Shown here: positions 61,381 through 64,000 of the stretch, piece after piece
Position numbering within the stretch: position 1 is the stretch's first letter
Layout of the letters: each line of letters opens with the position of its first letter
Assembly (NCBI GenBank): GCA_951406725.2
Contig: OX597826.1
Coordinates: forward strand, 45,570,001 to 45,634,000
DNA length: 64,000 nt
Direction of reading: 5' to 3'
Source of the DNA: Octopus vulgaris
Lineage: Eukaryota
Program-made: the position numbers and the translations under genes
The notes under the pieces: model-generated
Told to the model about the DNA's origin: nothing
What the model saw: the letters and a program-made list of their open reading frames with translations, nothing else
The model's database searches: none

Positions 61381-61547
61381 GTTGACATCGCAGCTGCAAG
61401 TCAACGAAGTAAAACTAGTAAAGTCATCATGTACCCCTCCTACATGGAGAAACGTACAGCTCGTGTCTGCATTCCTAAAATCCCCGCAGGACTAGATATT
61501 TGGTGGTTTCTGGGATGCGTAATCGTGGAGGGGACGGATACTGTCCC
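61381..61547 (+). mobile_element. Fragment of the Tx1-like ORF1, inverted relative to 58545-58700
   Basis: ggagaaacgtacagc..cattcctaaaatccccgcaggactagatatttggtgg.. nearly identical to the reverse complement. Confidence 0.85.
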
Positions 61548-62039
61548 ATCAGCAGGGTTGCTGTTTGGCCGTCTAGAAATAGCAACCAAATTTCTCACAG
61601 ATTTCTTCCTATTGTTTAAGGAAAGAATATGTTGGATAAAGTTTGGGGGTTTCTTGTAGAACGGTAATGCTCGAGGTATACTCTCGATCTAGGCTGACAT
61701 GGAGTTTAAACAACACCGATAACGAAGCAATTAGATAAAGAGTCTGTACTCGATTCGAATAATTCGATGACAATTTAGAAACATTGTAAATTTAATTGCT
61801 GGACCGTCTCCAGCTTCCTTCCTGAACATATCTTGAGACAATTACGTCTTTGGCAACAAGACACAATCATTTTATATGTGAAATTCTCTGTATGTCTTTT
61901 GTTTTTGTTTGTTTTGTTTTTTTATTCTGATGTTAGATTGCCAATGTTGTGAGAGCTTTATAATACATTATAGAACAGAAGACATTACTGAGCATCATCA
62001 AATATACTTTATTTGCTTACTTAAAAAGTTTTAATATTC

Positions 62040-63025
62040 CTTTATACTCTAGGCACAAGGCCCGAAATTTTGGGAGAATGGGGCCAATCGATTAGATCGA
62101 CCCCAGTTCGCAAATGGTACTTAATTTGTCGACTCCGGAAGGATGAAAGGCAAAGTCGAACTCAGCAGAATATGAACTCGACAGACGAAATACCTATTTC
62201 TTTACAATACCTATTGTTTTACAAGGGGCTAAACACAGGGAGGACAAACAAGGACAGACAAACGGATTAAGTCGATTGCATCGAACCCAGCGCGTAACTG
62301 GTACTTATTTAATCGACCCCGAAAGGATGAAAGGCAAAGTCGACCTCGGCGGAATTTGAACTCAGAACGTAGCGGCAGACGAAATACCTATTTCTTTGCT
62401 ACCCACAAGGGGCTAAACACAGAGAGGACAAACAAGGACATACAAACGGATTAAGTCGATTATATCGACTCCAGTGCACAACTGGTAATTAATTTATCGA
62501 CCCCGAAAGGATGAAAGGCAAAGTCGACCACGGCGGAATTTGAACTCAGAACGTAACGACAGACGAAGTACGGCTAAGCATTTCGCCCGGCAGGCTAACG
62601 TTTCTGCCAGCTCGCCGCCATTAAAAAAGGATTGAATGTTCTTTTCTACACTAGGCACAAGGCCCGAAATTTTGGGGGAGGGGGCCAGTCGATTAGATCA
62701 ACCCCGGTATGCAACTGGTACTTAATTTATTGACTCCGAAAGGATGAAAGGCAAAGTGGACCTCGACTGAATATGAACTCAGAACATAAAGACAGACGAA
62801 ATACCTATTTCTTTACTACCCTCAAGCGGCTAAACACAAAGAGGACAAACAAGGACAGACAAACGGATTGAGTCGATTATATCGATCCCAGTTCGTAACT
62901 GGTACTTATTTAATCGACCTCGAAAGGATGAAAGGCAAAGTCGACCACGGTGGAATTTGAACTCAGAACGTAACGGCAGACGAAATACCGCTAAGCATTT
63001 CGCCTAGCGTGATAACGTTTCTACC
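62040..63025 (-). mobile_element. Concatemeric SINE C array (two heads, five bodies)
   Basis: Repeated ~200-bp units with junctions at 62192, 62386 and 62803. Confidence 0.88.
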
Positions 63026-63129
63026 ATCCTCGTCGCTCATTCTTGCTACACCACACGTCGTCCTTCTTGTAATAGCTTGCTTTCTCAGCGACTTCCGAAA
63101 GTTTTCAGAACATATTTTGACTCCTTCGC

Positions 63130-63395
63130 AGTTAGTCTAAGATCTCTGCGCATCGAGCAAACGCTGATTCCAACAAATTCTCTAAAAAACAGTCTTGTTG
63201 TATTACAGCTATTGCTTCCATAGTGTTCACCAACTCACAGTATTTTCTCTCTTTCTTGAGGAAAGTGTCTTCGAAGTTCCCTTGCCAGATAACTGTTAGC
63301 TTTCCTATGTTATCCACCTTCCTTTCTTGGTACAATATGAGAAGGTTGGGTCTTTTGGTGGTAAAATGTGAGAAGTGATATTTACTGTCAAGCAA
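63130..63395 (-). pseudogene. RLE endonuclease fragment, HERO/NeSL-like
   Basis: TTKRPNLLI..KLTVIWQGNFE..KERKYCEL resembles RPD..ELTVPWE..K..KY.EL. Confidence 0.65.
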
Positions 63396-63559
63396 TCAAA
63401 ATCCCCAGAGAACTGTCTTTATTGGAAACACTTATTACTATTATCTCATTATTTAAGCATCTTGACAAATCCCACACACACACACACTCACGCACACGCA
63501 CACATGGACACACACATAAGTAAGTATATATATATATGGATAGATAGATAAATAGATAT

Positions 63560-63626
<67 letters not shown>

Positions 63627-64000
63627 CGTATATATGGATATGCGTGTGAGTATACGTGTATATGTGTCTCACGATTGTGTATGTGTGTGTGTGTGTACAG
63701 CGGTAGACGCTTATCGTGGTTACTTTGGGATCAAAGCGTTTTCGATAATTATAACTGACTTTAGAGCACACTAATTTTGGAAACAATAACTAATCGATAA
63801 CATTATCCGTGATTAGAAAAAGCGATTTCTACTGTATGTGGGTTTATTTTTTTATTTTTTTCAGTCTTTGGATTGCGCGTCTCGCCGAGGCACCGCTTTG
63901 AATTATTTTAATCAACCAAGTTCCACCCCCAGTTCTTATCTTAATGACTGTGCATACTCATCGTTCCCTTTTTGCCGAACTACTAGGTTACGAGAAAGAA

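Noticed and set aside
62040-63025. CRISPR-like regular repeats
   Set aside because: Units are ~200-bp SINE bodies without unique spacers; eukaryotic context and no cas genes

Overview
AT-rich, microsatellite-saturated metazoan DNA. The SINE families and repeat texture suggest an Octopus/cephalopod genome (inference). I can support no host protein-coding gene; almost every ORF in the track is a translated (TA)n, (TG)n, (TAGA)n or trinucleotide repeat. The window holds four tRNA-like SINE families in many copies, decayed Tc1/mariner, DD41D, Merlin and hAT DNA transposons, an R4/Dong-like RLE retrotransposon in a (TAA)n array, a HERO-like fragment and a Tx1/L1-like LINE. Highlights: (1) several structurally different hammerhead ribozyme motifs in Penelope-like non-coding repeats, including a ~600-bp foldback unit at 9272-9882 with a long-stem-II hammerhead on each strand; (2) a ~3.6-kb inversion (37672-41264) reconstructable from a split transposon and a split SINE with 4-bp ACTC microhomology; (3) a non-coding ~550-bp element inserted twice in the same polarity in (TAA)n arrays; (4) SINE concatemers with a fixed junction. 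All structures were read by eye; coordinates are approximate.
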